From: Obrimoposthia wandeli
Taxonomy: Eukaryota
DNA: 64,000 bases
Assembly: GCA_977020255.1 (NCBI GenBank)
Contig: CDROCS010000956.1
Coordinates: forward strand, 434,001 to 498,000
Reading direction: 5' to 3'
Under the pieces are notes generated by a model that saw nothing but the letters and a program-made list of their open reading frames with translations, did not search any database and was not told the origin of the DNA. A program made the position numbers and the translations under genes. Below, piece after piece: positions 61,201-64,000 of the stretch; the stretch's first letter is position 1; the number at the start of each line of letters is the position of its first letter.

Positions 61201-62136
61201 TACTGCATGACTTTTTTAATTTAAATGACATATCTTATTTTTCACTAAATAACCCTGAAACACGTTTTGAACAATATTATTGGCATAACGACATGCAATA
61301 AGTGATATTTTACTAATGTTAACTTTAAAAATTTAATACTTTTTTTGTGATATTGAACAATTGATAAAACATAAGAAAGACTACTTCAATATGAATTGAT
61401 TATCTACTACTGACTGATTGTTATCAAACAATGAAAATCTAATATATTCTCATAGTTTAAATACATCATCTAAGTAAATGTGTGTAGTGTATACACAACT
61501 AGATTTAATTAAGGGTTAAACCAACTTGGCTTATTTTAAGTTCAGATCTATTTACTTACAAACTACTTTTTGTTTTTGCTCATTAGAAAACCTTTCATTA
61601 TGATCTCCTACCGGTTTATGCAGAAGACCTGACAAACAAATCGATTCTTCCAATCAACTTAGACGACTGTTGCTTATCACTAAACATTCGGCTTGCTTTT
61701 TCACAATCAAATGTTACTGCAAAGTCCATTTATTTTTTATAAAAACAACAAATGAATAATAATGCCATATTAAAAAAACTTTACAATCTGCGTTTTTTTT
61801 AAATCGGCAACATAATATTTATTATGGATTACGGATATATATTGGACGTTATGAATGTGTTTTCGATTTCAGCTGGTAGTGGAGCTCTACCATTGTCTGT
61901 CTCAAGTCTCGTCGGGGTCAGAAAATCGGGAGCTGCAACATGTCGACACCATCGCAGACCTGCTCTATCACATGAAGTATATCTATGTAGGTCATGGTGT
62001 GCTTGACTACGTCCGTAACCTATTTACCACCTTCCCGACTGCATTACGAGAGAAGCTCAAGTTTATCCTGCCGCAGACGCCGTCCCCAAACAACACAGTT
62101 GCGCATGTTGCTCCTGCAGCTAGTTCTTCTCAGTGA
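43274..62136 (+). CDS. MED23: Mediator complex subunit 23 (20 exons, about 1573 aa)
   Basis: Exons 43274-43327, 43366-43464, 43504-43731, 43773-43871, 44018-44198, 44430-44644, 45691-45918, 46911-46997, 47266-47979, 49556-49983, 50520-50745, 52014-52257, 53470-53768, 53944-54057, 54145-54517, 54973-55402, 56190-56259, 58761-59008, 60738-60858 and 61873-62136 sum to 4722 nt in frame. Matches to MED23 motifs: LMPAYFA, LKFFDILYP, ESEE, VPLDRLI, LRMVPV, DLLYHMKY, ALREKLKFI. The start exon and exon 11 acceptor are less certain. Confidence 0.9.
51030..51305 (+). mobile_element. Mariner transposase C-terminal remnant in a MED23 intron
   Basis: LPHPSYSPNLAPIDFH resembles the mariner motif LPHPPYSPDLAPSDFH. 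Confidence 0.65.
51560..51800 (+). mobile_element. Tc1-like transposase C-terminal remnant
   Basis: SSNLNNLEKVW ... LIKVMPRR resembles SPDLNPIENLW ... L..SMPRR. Confidence 0.35.
56620..57860 (+). mobile_element. Intact Merlin (IS1595/IS1016-related) DNA transposon in MED23 intron 17
   Basis: 25-bp TIRs GGATCAAGTAAATTTGGCACCCCGA (56620-56644) and TCGGGGTGGCAAATTGACCTGATCC (57836-57860); 8-bp TSD CAAACTTA (56612-56619, 57861-57868). Confidence 0.95.
56834..57730 (+). CDS. Merlin/ISXO2-like DDE transposase, 298 aa, open frame
   Basis: N-terminal Cys cluster (CNQC...WRC...C), LGGPGVIVQVDE, IIHSDE, VCHKYNFVCPDTGVHTQNVES. Confidence 0.93.
   Translation: MNIGEMITIVETYDDKALLLFLIQKEIIKGEMNCNQCSQACDLKPTTKSNDCYQWRCMNGRCASYQTTLSVKNGSWFHNFTLSLRTILKVLIHLSNGLKSTEIMNYVSISKPVMIKIKKLAIKMMSNYFLFNPIRLGGPGVIVQVDEVMVNHAVKSHRGRAPVRQTWVLCIVDTSTTPSKGYCTVLPNRRADTILPIISSRVRANSIIHSDEFVSYRRLGADQSYTHRTVCHKYNFVCPDTGVHTQNVESYNNKLKLAIKERRGVKADCHEDFLTEFLWYDWNGKGNIECFLNLFKIM
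59170..59600 (-). mobile_element. Mariner/Tc3-like transposase remnant
   Basis: Minus strand reads GPTEWPPRNRKLSTVPFFLWG, resembling WPPRSPDLTPLDFFLWG. Confidence 0.5.
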
Positions 62137-64000
62137 CCCACACTCACACCGGAACCAATCCATCTGGTGGTTCATTCTTTGCTTCCGAATACATGTTTCT
62201 TTACCATTTCATTGTAAACGACATGTTTTTTTTCATTTATTTTTCAAAAACGATATAATTATGTACTGGTAAATTTTGTAAACCTCTACACATTATATTT
62301 AAAAATCTTTCAAGTAATTTAAATAGTGTTAATTAAAATATATTCATATATAAAGTATGTTGCAAAACTTTATTATAACAATGTAACGTGTAGTTATAAT
62401 TGATATGGATTTTTAGTTCCTAAATATTGAATTTGAAGAGTTTTACTGATTGAATTATTTGAAATGCACAACTTAACAGTCAATTTCGCGTGATCCAGTT
62501 TTTCAGGTGCCCCATAAATCGCACTGGATGACTATACAACCTGATATGATGATACGCCAAACTTTCAAATGTTATATATATATACTTATGTACTAATTTG
62601 AATTGTAATAAAACAATTTTCAATTGAAAAAGTCTGATTTCGGAGAATTGAATAAATCCTCTAGATAAAGGACAGTTTTGATGTGAACCTTGTCAAAACC
62701 TTGAACATCGGATATTGGGTACTTCCGAATCACATACCTCGTCTTCAATTGGAGTGGAAGAGGCTGAGTGTGTTTCAATGAAGGGGAATAGAATCTATTC
62801 GTAAGATATGCCTGCACAAATTTGAAAATTATCTGAACGAAATTGATGAATTGCACATCATCGGAAATATCAGCAAATCTTAGAATTCAGTCGAATATAA
62901 TGTCGAGACCCTTGAATTCTAGAGCTTCTGCCAGAAGCCCTTTTTCTTCAAGTACTTGGTAGTTTGACGTTGTAGTATTTTAATCGCCAAATCCATAGCC
63001 TATTTAGAGTGACGATAACATAAAGAAGAACACGAGAAATTGATTGTATCAGCATGTGCTTAACGAGCTTCCTTCTGAAATGCTGCTTCATGGTGCTGAT
63101 GATGTCATTACGTCATCTCAATTTTGCAGTAAATATCAGACTGGTTATTTATCGGATTAAAATGTATAATAATCTTTGGACTGCTAATATTTACCGGTAT
63201 AAAAAACAGATTACATATAGCGGGTTACACAAACAATATTAAAAAAATTATTGGGTACGGCCCATTTGTACGGGTATATGCAATAATTACAATATATGTC
63301 GGATTTGTCACAATTTCATTATAGGAAAGTGACTGACTTCAGTTTTAATATTTTTGAAAGTATGTTTGCTGTAAGTTAAAGATTTATGTTTTTTTAAAAG
63401 AAAGTTGCATAAGAATTATATAGTAAATATGAGAGAAAAGTAATTATTAAATAAAAAGATAGAAAACGTCCGAGAAATATAATATTTTATAAGGATATTA
63501 TATTAGGAAAATTTTTATTAATTTTTCCCCTTTTTTTATATATTTTTGCAAATAATAAGTAAAAACATAACAGGTAAAAAGAATAAGTCATCTATATCTC
63601 ATAAAACACGAATTTTGCGTGTGATAATCTTTACATTATAAGTTTTGTTCTCCTCAAACCACAAAATAAATCCAGAACTTGAAATCTTTGAAAATAATAC
63701 TTTTTCTAAGTAGAAATTTAATTTAGGAACAAATTTTAAAATAAAACCAATATAAAGAAGAAACTTTATTAGAAACCGATACCAGTTTTGATATAATTAG
63801 TTCAATATTATCTTAAGTAGAGGATTTAGGTTATGAAAGAGTAATATCTTAGGGGTCAAAAGCTATGAATCTGCATGAAATAGGTTACTGTATTACCAGA
63901 AAAGAAATGCTGGCTATTGTGTGTTTACAGATATTTTAAACACTATATCTAATGCAAAAATTTTTTCTTCTCAAACTGATCACAGAGCTATAACTTTCAG

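Noticed and set aside
38090-62136. Functional link between the viral TBP-like gene and neighbouring host MED23
   Set aside because: Physical adjacency of an insertion to a host gene is not evidence of interaction.
62620-63010. Minus-strand ORF as the last exon of a convergent host gene
   Set aside because: Plausible, but no recognisable domain and no consistent upstream exon chain could be established.

Overview
AT-rich eukaryotic (invertebrate-like) genomic DNA. There are two spliced host genes on the + strand. The first is the 3' part of a nucleoside-phosphorylase-fold gene (1687-8501). The second is an apparently complete 20-exon MED23 gene (43274-62136). Between them lies a cluster of three related Polinton/Maverick (adintovirus-like) endogenous viral elements. 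Copy B (24511-40325) is full length, with AGTAG termini, TIRs of at least 350 bp and a perfect 6-bp ATAATA target-site duplication. It encodes a protein-primed PolB, adenain-like protease, major and minor capsid proteins, an integrase with chromodomain and a packaging ATPase, though many of these are frameshifted. Copy A (about 11466-22230) is inverted, lacks termini and has an internal deletion. Copy C (about 10030-11140) is an older fragment. The most striking observation is a spliced, two-repeat TATA-binding-protein (TBP)-like gene carried by the element, with an open spliced frame in B and also present in A and C. The element also has host-sized mini-introns, a long nested hairpin inside each TIR, and a pair of paralogous small ORFs at its right end. 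An intact Merlin/IS1595-type DNA transposon with an 8-bp TSD sits in a MED23 intron. All alignments and motif calls were made by eye; no database search was run.
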